A stretch of DNA of 64,000 nt from an uncultured Chroococcidiopsis sp. (GCA_964248365.1 CAXTYC010000002.1:1-64000), one strand, 5' to 3'; numbered from the stretch's first letter, positions 29,415 through 39,986 are shown. Notes: generated from the letters alone by a model not told the origin. Made by a program: numbers and translations.

Positions 29415-30019
29415 CAACTGATAATTAACTGATGTTTGCTGATAATTTATTTTTGAACAAAGACAGCGTATCCGATTAGTTTCCGGCACTGGCTAGAAGT
29501 TTAACTTATTTATTTTTGATTCAATTTTTACATTTTATCGTCAATTATTAATTGACTAAATGTAATTTTAATAGTAACACCCAATATATTAATTTTTGCT
29601 TCATTGGTGACAAGCTTTGCCAAGGTAGCTGCGCGTGGCGCTTGTGGGGAAACTTATATTCCCAAGGGCATGGTAGTGCCTTGCTTTGTACTTGCTGCTG
29701 CAATAGCGTCAGCATGAGAAAGTTTGATGCCAAAAAACAATCCACAGGATAGCAAAGTCAATGTTATCGTAAAGTTATATGAAAAATGCTTTCATAAAGC
29801 GTATAAACAGTGGAACCAGTGGAACCAGTGGAACCAGTGGCTAGAAAAGAGAAAGGGGCTAGGGGAGCACTTTAGCAGGGGAGCAGGGGAGAAATTCTCA
29901 TCCAAGGTCTCCAAAATCTAAAATCCGCGCATTCCCTCACCTCTGGCACGAGCGCACGAGCGCACGAGCGCCTTTCCCCTCGCCTCCTTGTTGGCAAAAT
30001 TCTAGTTGAAATAACTCTG

Positions 30020-31591
30020 ATGGAAAACCGTATTCTCTATGTTCGCCTTCCCTGCAATCCCATCTTTCCGATTGGGGTTGTATATCTAGCCGATCATGTC
30101 CATAAGCTGTTTCCCCATATTGAACAGCGGATTTTCGACTTAGGGACAGTACCGCCCCTAGATTTTGCTTCCGCCTTGGATGCTTGTATAGACGAGTTCA
30201 AGCCCACATTGCTGGTATTTTCCTGGCGAGATATTCAAATTTACGCCCCAGTGGGAGGAAGAGGCGGTAATCCTTTGCAGCATTCCTTCGAGTTTTTCTA
30301 TGCAATGAATCCCTTAGTCAAATTCCGAGGCGCAACTGGATTACTTCGCTTGGCAATTTCCTACTATAAAGAACTTTGGCGTAACCAAGGGTTAATTAAA
30401 AGAGGGCTAAAACGCGCTCAAAGACACAATCAAAACGCCCGTGTAGTTGTCGGTGGCGGCGCAGTGAGTGTATTCTATGAGCAATTGAAGCATAACCTGC
30501 CATTGGGAACAATTGTTTCAGTTGGTGAAGGAGAAACACTGCTAGAAAAACTACTGCGAGGCGAAGATTTTCAAAATGAGCGCTGCTATGTAGTGGGAGA
30601 AACTCAACCACGCGATCGCTTAATTCACGAACAACCTACACCTTTGGAAAAAAGCGCCTGCAACTACGACTATATAGAAAGCATTTGGTCGGAATTTCCA
30701 TACTACCTACAATCATCAGACTTTTATATAGGCGTACAAACAAAACGCGGTTGTCCCCACAACTGCTGCTACTGCATCTACACCGTCGTTGAAGGCAAAC
30801 AAGTACGCATCAATCCGGCAGATGAAGTTGTTGCCGAAATGCGACAACTTTACGATCGCGGCATTCGTAACTTTTGGTTTACCGATGCCCAATTCATCCC
30901 CGCCAGGAGATTTATAGACGACGCGATCGAGCTATTGCAAAAAATCCTCGATTCTGGTATGACAGACATCCACTGGGCAGCATACATTCGAGCCGACAAC
31001 CTCACCCCCGAATTGTGCAACCTGATGGTCAAAACAGGGATGAACTACTTTGAAATCGGCATCACCAGTGGTTCCCAGGAACTAGTACGCAAAATGCGTA
31101 TGGGCTATAACCTGCGTACCGTCTTGGAAAACTGCCGCGCTCTCAAAGCAGCAGGCTTCAACGACCTAGTATCAGTCAACTACTCCTTCAACGTCATCGA
31201 CGAACGCCCCGAAACGATTCGCCAAACAATCGCCTACCACCGCGAACTAGAACGCATCTTCGGCTCTGACAAAGTAGAACCAGCCATCTTCTTCATCGGA
31301 CTGCAACCCCATACCCACCTAGAAGAATACGCCTTCAAAAAAGGCATACTCAAAAAGAATTACGATCCAATGAACCTCAAACCTTGGACAGTCCAAAAAC
31401 TCTTGTGGAACCCAGAACCCCTAGGCTCATTATTCGGTGACGTTTGCCTGCAAGCATGGCGACAAAACCCCAACGACTTCGGACGGGAAGTCATAAACAT
31501 CCTCGAAACACGACTCGGTTGTGCCAATCTAGAAGAAGCCCTAACCGCCCCCATCCAAACAACCGAAAAACAACTAGTAAAACTCTCTTAA
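30020..31591 (+). CDS. B12-binding radical SAM protein (photosystem II high-light acclimation, slr0320-like)
   Basis: CPHNCCYC (CxxxCxxC); N-terminal RLPCNPIFPIG. Confidence 0.88.
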   Translation: MENRILYVRLPCNPIFPIGVVYLADHVHKLFPHIEQRIFDLGTVPPLDFASALDACIDEFKPTLLVFSWRDIQIYAPVGGRGGNPLQHSFEFFYAMNPLVKFRGATGLLRLAISYYKELWRNQGLIKRGLKRAQRHNQNARVVVGGGAVSVFYEQLKHNLPLGTIVSVGEGETLLEKLLRGEDFQNERCYVVGETQPRDRLIHEQPTPLEKSACNYDYIESIWSEFPYYLQSSDFYIGVQTKRGCPHNCCYCIYTVVEGKQVRINPADEVVAEMRQLYDRGIRNFWFTDAQFIPARRFIDDAIELLQKILDSGMTDIHWAAYIRADNLTPELCNLMVKTGMNYFEIGITSGSQELVRKMRMGYNLRTVLENCRALKAAGFNDLVSVNYSFNVIDERPETIRQTIAYHRELERIFGSDKVEPAIFFIGLQPHTHLEEYAFKKGILKKNYDPMNLKPWTVQKLLWNPEPLGSLFGDVCLQAWRQNPNDFGREVINILETRLGCANLEEALTAPIQTTEKQLVKLS

Positions 31592-31654
31592 TTAATCTCT
31601 CCTTTCTCTTCCCTCTGCGTCCTTTGCGTCTCTGCGGTTTGTTAAATTAAATCC

Positions 31655-33001
31655 ATGTTACAAGGTTCAATACTACAACAACTAGCAACAGCCCGCCTTA
31701 ATAACAAAAGACCTCTCAACTTCGGTGTTTACTACAAAAACACCCTCGTTGCTCTGTGCCATGCCTTAGAAGACTGCATCCTAACCTCCAACAGCCAACC
31801 CCTAGTCATCACAGCCTTCCAACGAGGGAAATGGTATCTCCAAGAGGCAGAACGCTATCACGCTTTGGCACAAAATTCTCGGCAAGTAGTAATCATGGCA
31901 TCCCCAGATACTGGCTTTGCCTCTCATCCCACCAGCCAGCTACCAAATGTAGACATAGTAGCGTTAGAACCAAATGATCCGGTAGCGCAAGAGTGGCACT
32001 TGATCATATTTGCCCCCAGCTACACAGCAATGGTATTATGTCAAGAGTTGTCAGATGCTGATTACGGCAGTGAGGGAAAACCAACAGCCGACCTAGAGCG
32101 AAAGTTCTATGGATTGTGGACATTTGTACCAGACTTGGTACAAGAAACAGTAGAGATAGCGATCGCTCATATTAATCGCTACAACCGAGAACTTGCACAA
32201 AATATCAAATCCCACCTGGAAGAAGTCGTAAAAGCTACACCATCCGCAACACCCGATGACCTGAATGCGATCGTCTCTCGCGTCGTGGATTATCTTCAAG
32301 TCAGCCAAAAAGATGTTGTTAGCAATATAGACTGTATGCATCAGCAGGAACTAGACACCAACCTACTATCTAATGAGTTACAAGCCTTCCTGCGCCTTGG
32401 TCAACTAATTGATGTAGCTGACACCCGCAACCCAATGGCAGCATCAGAGGTAGCAGCTTTAGCAGAAACGATCGGTCAGCTAATAGACTTACCAGCTTGG
32501 CAAATCAAGCGGCTACGACTGGCGGGACTACTCTACCGCATTGCGCCGATGTCTATGAGTGTTCAATATGCAGAAGCACCGAGTTGTCCTCTAGTCCCAG
32601 CAGCACAAATATTGCGAACCATGCCACGTTTACGAGCGATCGCTAAAATTATCAATCATCTATCCGAATGGTGGGATGGTAGCGGCTTTCCAGGTGGTTT
32701 AGCCCATGAGGAAATTCCGCTGGAATCGAGAATTTTAGGATTGGTTATCACCTTTCAGGAGCGTGTTGCCTTGAATTCCCAATCTCACTCAAGCGAAAAT
32801 GCATTAATTCAGACATTGTCCGAGTTTAAGCAAGAACAAGGTAGCCGCTGGGAGCCGAAACTTGTAGACACCTTGGAACTTCTAGTCATGGGTTTGCAAC
32901 AGGGTTTAACCCTACCAACCACACCTCCTAAAATCAGTAGTGGTATGTGGTTAATTGATACCCAAACCGATGACGAGCGAGTAGCGAGTGGAACCAGTTG
33001 A
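31655..33001 (+). CDS. DICT sensory domain plus degenerate HD-GYP-like domain protein
   Basis: YYKNTLVALCHALED, AFQRGKWY, QEWHLII (DICT); EWWDGSGFP...EIPLESRI (HD-GYP-like). Confidence 0.85.
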   Translation: MLQGSILQQLATARLNNKRPLNFGVYYKNTLVALCHALEDCILTSNSQPLVITAFQRGKWYLQEAERYHALAQNSRQVVIMASPDTGFASHPTSQLPNVDIVALEPNDPVAQEWHLIIFAPSYTAMVLCQELSDADYGSEGKPTADLERKFYGLWTFVPDLVQETVEIAIAHINRYNRELAQNIKSHLEEVVKATPSATPDDLNAIVSRVVDYLQVSQKDVVSNIDCMHQQELDTNLLSNELQAFLRLGQLIDVADTRNPMAASEVAALAETIGQLIDLPAWQIKRLRLAGLLYRIAPMSMSVQYAEAPSCPLVPAAQILRTMPRLRAIAKIINHLSEWWDGSGFPGGLAHEEIPLESRILGLVITFQERVALNSQSHSSENALIQTLSEFKQEQGSRWEPKLVDTLELLVMGLQQGLTLPTTPPKISSGMWLIDTQTDDERVASGTS

Positions 33002-33099
33002 AAGGATGAAGTATAAAGGATAAAAACGGTTAACTGTTAACAGTTCATGGTAAACAGTTAACCTTAATTACAAATTACGAATTACGAATTACAAAAGTT

Positions 33100-33741
33100 G
33101 TGGATATTGAAGCCATTCGTATAGGAAAAATCAAACAGTTACCAGGCTCTCTTCTGGAAGACGAAGATCTTTCAGGAGTCGATCTTAGTGGGATCAATTT
33201 AGCAGGAGCAACCCTAGTCGGGACAAATTTTGCCCACTCCAAACTAGAAAGAGCGCGTTTAGACGGAGCAAATTTACTAGGTAGCCAGCTTTTTGGTGCT
33301 GACTTGCGGGCTAATTTGCTCGGAGCCAATTTAATGCAAGCCGACTTGACTGGGGCAGATTTGCGGGGTGCTAATTTGCGGGGTGCTAATTTGATGGGCG
33401 CAAAACTGTCGGGGGCTTCTTTAGCTGGTGCTTTCTTGAGTGGGGCAAATCTGATGAGTGTCAACTTACAAGGAGTAGACTTGCGCGGAGCCGACTTGCG
33501 GGGAGTAAATCTGAGTGGGGCAAATTTGCAAGGAGCAAATTTAGGCGGGGCAGATTTACAAGGAGCTTTAATTAATGAAGCTAACCTGGAAGAAGCCGAC
33601 TTGCGAGGGGCGAATTTAGCAGGAACCAGCTTAGCAGGAGCTAATCTACTGTGTGCTGAGTTAGAAGGCGCAAACTTGACTGGCGTGAACCTAACAGGAG
33701 CTTGTTTAGTTGGTACTTCTATGGCTGAATTAGCTTCGTGA
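33100..33741 (+). CDS. Pentapeptide repeat protein
   Basis: Continuous A(D/N)LxG repeats. Confidence 0.92.
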   Translation: MDIEAIRIGKIKQLPGSLLEDEDLSGVDLSGINLAGATLVGTNFAHSKLERARLDGANLLGSQLFGADLRANLLGANLMQADLTGADLRGANLRGANLMGAKLSGASLAGAFLSGANLMSVNLQGVDLRGADLRGVNLSGANLQGANLGGADLQGALINEANLEEADLRGANLAGTSLAGANLLCAELEGANLTGVNLTGACLVGTSMAELAS

Positions 33742-33893
33742 AGACTATTCACGAATGGAATGCTGCCTACGTTGCCCACGCGGTGCAGGAAATCAAGCCA
33801 AGAAAACCTAAAATCATCTGGAATCCTCGATCTGCCGTGACCTCCCTCGACGAAGGAATGCGGGTTTCATGAATTCGCCAACAGTGCTGCTAA

Positions 33894-34005
33894 ATATAGC
33901 AATCCTATTTCAGTTGTGAAAGCGAGGCAGGCTTCTTTGCCTGCACAAGGCTTGTATGCCTGTTCCACAAATCACTGTTTCACAAATCACTTAGGATTGC
34001 TGTAT
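33894..34005. mobile_element. MITE-like element with 28-bp imperfect terminal inverted repeats
   Basis: ATATAGCAATCCTATTTCAGTTGTGAAA versus the reverse complement of 33978-34005, ATACAGCAATCCTAAGTGATTTGTGAAA (23/28). Confidence 0.7.
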
Positions 34006-34093
34006 GTGATTAGCGATCGCTTATTGGAGAAAAACTTTTTGGTTACTGACTATACCTCATCTTTATATCCAATTTTGATGGGTTTGACTTACC

Positions 34094-34633
34094 TTAAGAA
34101 CCAGATTTTTGATAAAGTCCTTGAGTGGAGGTAGCTATATTCCCTCCAATTTGCTTAAGTGCAAGTGTTTGCCCATTATTTTGCAAAGAAAATGAATCAA
34201 CTATATACTCATTCGAGTAACGAGAGGTTTTGGGGACTGAGGTTGGGGTTGTAAAAGAATAAGCACAAGACGCAAAATCATTAACAGTAAGAGTTTGCAG
34301 GTGAAATGTTAATTTATTTTCATTTACAGTAAACCTACCCCTTGTAGTCCTAAAGGCAAATGTCGCACACGCATCAACTACACCTCCGGGACGTGTTTCA
34401 ACCATTAATTGATTGTAGTAACTACCATCTGGATTTAAAACAAGTACATCCTTATTTCCGCCCATCTTCCATTCACCTATAAGTGAAGGTGGTATTGGAT
34501 CTGATGCAGATGCGAAAACAGCGGTAAAAGAGGGTGGCAAAACCCCGCCGCTAATCACTTGTGCTACCGTGCCGCTTGCTAAACCAAAAATGCAAGCCCA
34601 ACTCAGGAATGATTTTGAGAGAAGATTGTACAT
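34094..34633 (-). CDS. Secreted hypothetical protein (beta-rich, two Cys in the mature region)
   Basis: Signal-like N-terminus; LIGEWK...LVLNPDGSY motif like lipocalin-type barrels. Confidence 0.7.
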   Translation of the reverse strand: MYNLLSKSFLSWACIFGLASGTVAQVISGGVLPPSFTAVFASASDPIPPSLIGEWKMGGNKDVLVLNPDGSYYNQLMVETRPGGVVDACATFAFRTTRGRFTVNENKLTFHLQTLTVNDFASCAYSFTTPTSVPKTSRYSNEYIVDSFSLQNNGQTLALKQIGGNIATSTQGLYQKSGS

Positions 34634-34680
34634 ATCAGTGCTTTTTTAAGAATAAATTGATTTTTTTCCTTTCTAGTTAG

Positions 34681-35508
34681 TTATCTCTGGAATTTTGCCC
34701 AAGGTATAATGGAAATATCTAGCAAAATTCTTCCGTTTTCGCTTGGTAGAGTCGCTACTAAAACCATAATTCCAATCAAGTTAATCCACCAGCATCCGCC
34801 CCAGCCCCAACCGAAAAAGAAAGATAGCACGAGTTCGAGCGCAAAAATCCCCCCGCTGACTTTAAGGGCAATCTCCTGTCTTTGAAGGTCAGAAGGAAAG
34901 ACGTTCCCGCGCCAAAACCAGATAGTAAGTGCTAGAGGGAGAAGTGGTCCTAATACTCTGACCAAGATGTAAGCAACTGCACCTGGAACAATTTTTGTTG
35001 ATGCAATTCTTGACGCAGTTTTAAGGAATTTGGATTTACTAGTAGGATCGGTCTGCCTAGGACTTCTGACTGGGGTAGCGGGTGGTAAAGTCGGTTGTTC
35101 GCCTTTCTGGTGTAATTCGTCTTGTACTTCAGTGGTAGGATTAACGGGGCGTGGCGGTAGCTGTGTCGGAGCAACATCAACAGAGATCGCAACAACCTTG
35201 AGTTGCATTTCTCCTAGAGCAATAGTGCTATTAGGTCGTAGTTCCACTTCTTCTTGCTGTAATTGTTGCCCATCCAAAACTAGAGAATTGCCCATTTGCA
35301 GGTTCCGTAAGTAGAAGCAATGCTGCTGAGGGTGGAAGAATATCTCTACGTGTAGCCTCGATACAGTTGGATGGGATAGCACAATGTTACACTGGGCGGG
35401 ATCTCGACCGATGCGAACTGTGCCTCGATTTTTGCTCAGCTGTTGCTCGTAAATTTTGTAAGTATGGTTGCGACCTGCTTCAAGCCACTCTAAAGTCAGT
35501 TCGTTCAT
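34681..35508 (-). CDS. FHA domain protein with Pro-rich linker and C-terminal TM helices
   Basis: IGRDPAQC, VSRLH; ATG at 35508 (MNELTLEW). Confidence 0.85.
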   Translation of the reverse strand: MNELTLEWLEAGRNHTYKIYEQQLSKNRGTVRIGRDPAQCNIVLSHPTVSRLHVEIFFHPQQHCFYLRNLQMGNSLVLDGQQLQQEEVELRPNSTIALGEMQLKVVAISVDVAPTQLPPRPVNPTTEVQDELHQKGEQPTLPPATPVRSPRQTDPTSKSKFLKTASRIASTKIVPGAVAYILVRVLGPLLPLALTIWFWRGNVFPSDLQRQEIALKVSGGIFALELVLSFFFGWGWGGCWWINLIGIMVLVATLPSENGRILLDISIIPWAKFQR

Positions 35509-35611
35509 TGTCCTTGCCTTTGAACTCACATCCACCTATTTACTACTTCACGCTATATCTGTTAGATACATAACACGAAAACGGAAATCTAAATTTTAAG
35601 AATCTTAATCA

Positions 35612-36502
35612 TTATTGCAGCTTGCACAAACAAATCGCTCGCTTTCTGATTCCAAGAGCGATCGCACTTAAAAATAACAACCCCATCACGCCAGCCAAGG
35701 GGTTACGGTCAACTCCCGTGATCCAATCAGGAACTCGACCAGAATATTTTACTAGTTGTCCAACATTAATAATGTAATAGCCCCAAATCAAACCCGCGTG
35801 GAGTCCAATCGGTAAAGCGAGGCGATCGCCACCTATTCGCTTGGCACACACTAAAGTTAACCCCAACAGCACTAACGCTGGAAACTGAGGTAGTGTACGG
35901 ATAATCTCTGGCAGTGGTTTAATAAAATGTAGCAGGGCGAATATCAAAGCATTTGCCCTTCGTGCCACACTAGGACGATAATCTCGCTGCAACTCCGAAA
36001 GCAGCCAACCCCGAAATAACAATTCTTCCGCTAAGCCAAATGCCAGCGCTACAACTAATCCTTCAATAATTAATCTAGGTAAAAAAATATTGGGTCGTTG
36101 CCATAGCAACCAGCCCAACCATCCTTCTACTAAAAACAGGCATAGAACAACGGTTATTCCAGTTCCCAACCCGCTCAGTAGTTCTGTACCACTACGCCGC
36201 GTTTTTGTCAAGCCATAACTTTGCAACAAATGAGGCTGGCGGTAGACGTATTTCCCCCACAGCCGCACCAAGAGAATAAATTCTACGTATAAAAGCGGCA
36301 GGGTGAGAATATTAACCAAATTCTGGTCGTGTACTAGCCAGTAAATTGGTGCAGCTATTGGCAGCCACAAAAGCAGCAAAGCCAGAATAAAAATTCCCAA
36401 CCGGATGGGGGCTGGGGAATTATTAAGCAGGGATAGGGGGGAAAGGAGGAGACTTGCCTCTTGCCCCTTGCCTCTTGCCCGCCTCTTACTCATCCGGTTC
36501 AA
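35612..36502 (-). CDS. CPBP (CAAX/Abi) intramembrane metalloprotease
   Basis: EELLFRG, FALLH, IGLHAG. Confidence 0.9.
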   Translation of the reverse strand: MNRMSKRRARGKGQEASLLLSPLSLLNNSPAPIRLGIFILALLLLWLPIAAPIYWLVHDQNLVNILTLPLLYVEFILLVRLWGKYVYRQPHLLQSYGLTKTRRSGTELLSGLGTGITVVLCLFLVEGWLGWLLWQRPNIFLPRLIIEGLVVALAFGLAEELLFRGWLLSELQRDYRPSVARRANALIFALLHFIKPLPEIIRTLPQFPALVLLGLTLVCAKRIGGDRLALPIGLHAGLIWGYYIINVGQLVKYSGRVPDWITGVDRNPLAGVMGLLFLSAIALGIRKRAICLCKLQ

Positions 36503-36767
36503 TTGTGCTGGTTAAACCATGATTTTTCAATGTTTCACAGTAAAACTCAGCGTGTTCCTGAGCGCAAGTAATTACTAAAGCCATTCCATTCGTATGGGCT
36601 TCCATCATGATGCTGACAGCTTGCGGCTGGGTGATGCTCGGCACCGTATGCATTAAAGTCTGCACCACGTACTCCATACTGTTGAAATCGTCGTTATGAA
36701 GTAAAACGCGATACCGAGGTGCGAGCTTGCGAGTCGTTGAACTCTTCGTAAGGGTTTCGACAGACAC
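36486..36767 (-). CDS. clpS: ATP-dependent Clp protease adaptor ClpS
   Basis: YRVLLHNDDFNSMEYV, MMEAHTNG. Confidence 0.95.
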   Translation of the reverse strand: MSVETLTKSSTTRKLAPRYRVLLHNDDFNSMEYVVQTLMHTVPSITQPQAVSIMMEAHTNGMALVITCAQEHAEFYCETLKNHGLTSTIEPDE

Positions 36768-37047
36768 TGCTCTCTACTCCTGGTGTTCGTTACTAACTAC
36801 AGTTGTGTTTTTGTTAAAAAGTTGCTTCATACTTATTAATCTCTATTTATAGCATCCAAATGAGTAAGTGTGGGCGATCGCTTGGGGAGAACTCAACCGA
36901 AGAGAGGCGCGCGTGAAAGCTGGGGGATCTGGGGGGGAAATAAAGAATTAACTATTGTGTCACCTGTCGTGGGTTGTGGGTCTCCTGCCTCCTGTCTTCT
37001 AAAATAAAAAGCAGCAACAAGTGTGCGTTGCTGTGGAATCAATATCA

Positions 37048-37425
37048 ATGGACTTTAGCTGTAACTTCCAACCACGACAAATTGTTTATTTAGAACATCT
37101 TGCCACTCGCCTATATGCCGAAGTCATTCAAGTGGTAGCATCGCGTCAGGTAGGCTGGGTTAGACCATTACTGCTGGCAGAATTTCCCCTAGACAATCAA
37201 CCGGATGGGGAACCACTAATCTATGATTTACGTTCTGGTGCTGATTTACTTTGGTCGCTAGCAGTATTCCGTCCTGCCCTCGATACAGAAGTCATGCCCC
37301 TATTATTGCAGCTATTAGACGAGGAACCACCCCTAGACCGTGAAGCAGTTGCCTTTACTCAACTCAATCACTTCATTCGTCAAGCATGGCTTGCCCAAAA
37401 GGAGGGGCTAGGGGCTGGGGGCTAG
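37048..37425 (+). CDS. Hypothetical protein
   Basis: LYAEVIQVV...WVRPLLL...DLLW...FRPALDTEV; ATG at 37048. Confidence 0.72.
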   Translation: MDFSCNFQPRQIVYLEHLATRLYAEVIQVVASRQVGWVRPLLLAEFPLDNQPDGEPLIYDLRSGADLLWSLAVFRPALDTEVMPLLLQLLDEEPPLDREAVAFTQLNHFIRQAWLAQKEGLGAGG

Positions 37426-37550
37426 GGGCAAGAATTGGATGGGGAGAGGGGGTGACAAGGAGAGGGGGGGAAAGAGGGGGGTTTGAATACTTCCCCTTGT
37501 CCCCTTGTCCCCTTGTCCTCCCCTAGCCCCTAGCCCCTAGTCCCTAGCCC

Positions 37551-38723
37551 CTAGTTATAGCGAATACCAGCATCCTTCATGCGTTGAATTGCTTCATGCA
37601 TCCGTTCGTCAGGTACTGTGAGGGCAATGCGGAAAAAGCCTTCCCCTGCTTCCCCATAGCCATTACCAGGAGGAACAATGATGCCGCACTTATCTAGTAG
37701 CAATGTAACAAATTGAGTTGAGGTATAACCCTTGGGAACCCGAACCCAAACGTAGAGTGTGGCTAGTGGTGGTTCAATGGGAAATCCTAGCGATTGTAGT
37801 CCTTGGACAATTATATCTCGCCGTTTTTGGTAAACTGACATCAAGCTTTGCAGGTCTGCTTCTGAGGTCGAGTAAGCAGCGATCGCCGCATTTTGAATTG
37901 CCTTGAATACCCCAGAATCTACATTCGTCTTAACTTGACCCAATCCTTTAATTCCTTGGGCATTTCCTACCACAAAACCAACTCGCCAGCCAGTCATATT
38001 GTAAGACTTCGACAAACTGTGAAACTCAATTGCCACATCTTTCGCGCCTGGGACTTGCAAAATGCTGGGAGGTTTATATCCGTCGTATGCCATTTCTGAG
38101 TAGGCGTGGTCATGACACAGCAAAATGTCATACTGCTGGCAGTAAGCGACTAGTTTCTCGAAAAACTCCAGCGTTGCTAATGCCCCAGTTGGATTGTTGG
38201 GATAGTTAATCCATAACAACTTAGCCTTACGGGCGACTTCTTGGGGAATTGCTTCTAAATCTGGTAAAAAACCATTTTCTGCTAGCAATGGCATAGTATG
38301 AAACTCGCCACCAGCAAAAATGGTAGAAGTGCGATATACCGGATAACCAGGATCTGGAATCAAAGTATAGTCCCCACGTTCCACAAATGCCAAAAACGTA
38401 TTGTGAATAGCTTCCTTGGAACCAATGGAAGAGACTACCTCAGTGTTCGGGTTCAACCCCTTCACTCCAAATCTCCGTTCCATCCACTGCACTGCTGCTT
38501 CTCGAAAATCTTTCGTGCCTTGGTAGGGTGGATAGTTGTGGGTAGCGGGGTCATCAATCGCCGAATGCATTGCCTGCACAATATGATCCGGTGTGGGTCG
38601 GTCTGGATCACCCACTCCCATGTTGATAATATCAACTCCTTTGGCAACTAATTCATCCCTTTTGCGGTCAATCTCAGCAAACAGGTAGGGAGGAATTTTT
38701 TCTAAGCGTTTGGCAAATTGCAT
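37551..38723 (-). CDS. PLP-dependent class I/II aminotransferase (LL-diaminopimelate aminotransferase-like)
   Basis: PPYLFAEID, GSKE, NYPNNPTG, SLSKSYNMTGWRVG; ATG at 38723. Confidence 0.88.
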   Translation of the reverse strand: MQFAKRLEKIPPYLFAEIDRKRDELVAKGVDIINMGVGDPDRPTPDHIVQAMHSAIDDPATHNYPPYQGTKDFREAAVQWMERRFGVKGLNPNTEVVSSIGSKEAIHNTFLAFVERGDYTLIPDPGYPVYRTSTIFAGGEFHTMPLLAENGFLPDLEAIPQEVARKAKLLWINYPNNPTGALATLEFFEKLVAYCQQYDILLCHDHAYSEMAYDGYKPPSILQVPGAKDVAIEFHSLSKSYNMTGWRVGFVVGNAQGIKGLGQVKTNVDSGVFKAIQNAAIAAYSTSEADLQSLMSVYQKRRDIIVQGLQSLGFPIEPPLATLYVWVRVPKGYTSTQFVTLLLDKCGIIVPPGNGYGEAGEGFFRIALTVPDERMHEAIQRMKDAGIRYN

Positions 38724-39127
38724 AGCGATGTACAACTTCAACAGATGTAGTGAGTAGGCGCAAGGCTGACCAAAGCCAGCAGCATATATTTTGCAACTAT
38801 CTTGGGTGTTATTTCAAATTGTTCAACATCTTGTATGGTATTTTCGGTATAAAATACTAGCCAGTCTAAATAACGTTTGTTTTTTCTCAAGACAGCTTGA
38901 GTATATTTATACATCAGAGCAGGGGAAATGTATGCTATTTAACCAAATGTTTAAGCAGCAACACCATCAAACCAGTTTACTGCTATTCCTAGCAGGCTTT
39001 AAGAATAACTGTATTTGCCTTACTTTCAATTTATGCCATTAGTAATTTCAATACTTTGTTGTTGCCATTATGATAGTCAGCAAGAAGTATTGAAAATTGA
39101 GAATTTCGATGTTTAAAGCTTGCTTTG

Positions 39128-39177
39128 ATAATTGGGGCGTAGAGCTTCGCTCTTGCCTTCGGCATCGCCCCAATTAT
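39128..39177. repeat. HIP1-centred palindrome interrupted by a 24-nt insertion
   Basis: ATAATTGGG-GCG[TAGAGCTTCGCTCTTGCCTTCGGC]ATCGC-CCCAATTAT. Confidence 0.7.
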
Positions 39178-39647
39178 TCATAACTGACTAAAAAACTTTC
39201 ATTTTGGAGTATTTATATACTGTTTTCATAGCAACAACACATAAGATATATTTCAGCTTGATTATTTATTTGAGGTAATCTCTACCAAATGACAGATGAA
39301 TTATTAAGTCACAGGTGTCGTAATATTCAAACAACTCGTCGACCCAATCTGAAGGTTTGACATTACCGTTTCTGATGAAGAGGAATTGTAGTAACAGTAA
39401 CTAGATGTCAGAGCTATTTATTTAATTACATATATCAATTTGGCAGTAGACAGTTTATGTGAATTAATAATAAAAGAGAAGTGTATAAAAAAGTACTTGC
39501 TCTATAAGAAAAAAAATTCTAAATGAACAGAAAAAATTAAAGAAAAAATTAAGAATAATTTTAGGTGGTTTAGGGTAAAATTTCAGAATTTAACTACTGA
39601 TTCATGTCTAAGCGATTGTATGTAATTGAGTTAAAAAGGATCGAAAG

Positions 39648-39986
39648 ATGAAAACGCTTACTGCCAATCCAAAGATTACAGTGATTCGCCCCAGTGGTCC
39701 ATTTAATGCTTCAAATGCAGCCGCTTTTGGGCAACATATAAGAAAAATAGTTAGTGGGACAGAGCATAGTAGTGTCTTAGTAGATTTAGCTTTGGTAGAG
39801 TCTATAGATAGTGCTGGGCTGATGGCGTTAATACATAGTCTAAGGTTGGCTCAGTCTCTAGGTAAACGTTTTAGTATTTGCTCAGTTTCACCGTCAATTC
39901 AAATTATTTTTGAACTAACGCAGCTAGACAAAGTGTTTGAAATATTTGATTGCCAAGCAACATTTGCAGCGGCGATCGCAGCCTAG
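39648..39986 (+). CDS. STAS domain anti-sigma factor antagonist
   Basis: VLVDLALVESIDSAGL, IFELTQLDKVF. Confidence 0.9.
   Translation: MKTLTANPKITVIRPSGPFNASNAAAFGQHIRKIVSGTEHSSVLVDLALVESIDSAGLMALIHSLRLAQSLGKRFSICSVSPSIQIIFELTQLDKVFEIFDCQATFAAAIAA

Noticed and set aside
29548..29921. Short ORFs 29548-29745, 29552-29752 and 29724-29921 (QWNQWNQWNQW)
   Set aside because: Intergenic promoter region; the peptide repeat comes from a 9-bp tandem repeat CAGTGGAAC
33075..33779. 234-aa minus-strand ORF
   Set aside because: Antisense shadow of the pentapeptide repeat gene
33745..33875. Possible tnpB 3'-end remnant
   Set aside because: Resemblance too weak to support without a search
38791..39042. 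83-aa ORF in AT-rich intergenic DNA
   Set aside because: TTG start, no RBS, and composition typical of non-coding sequence
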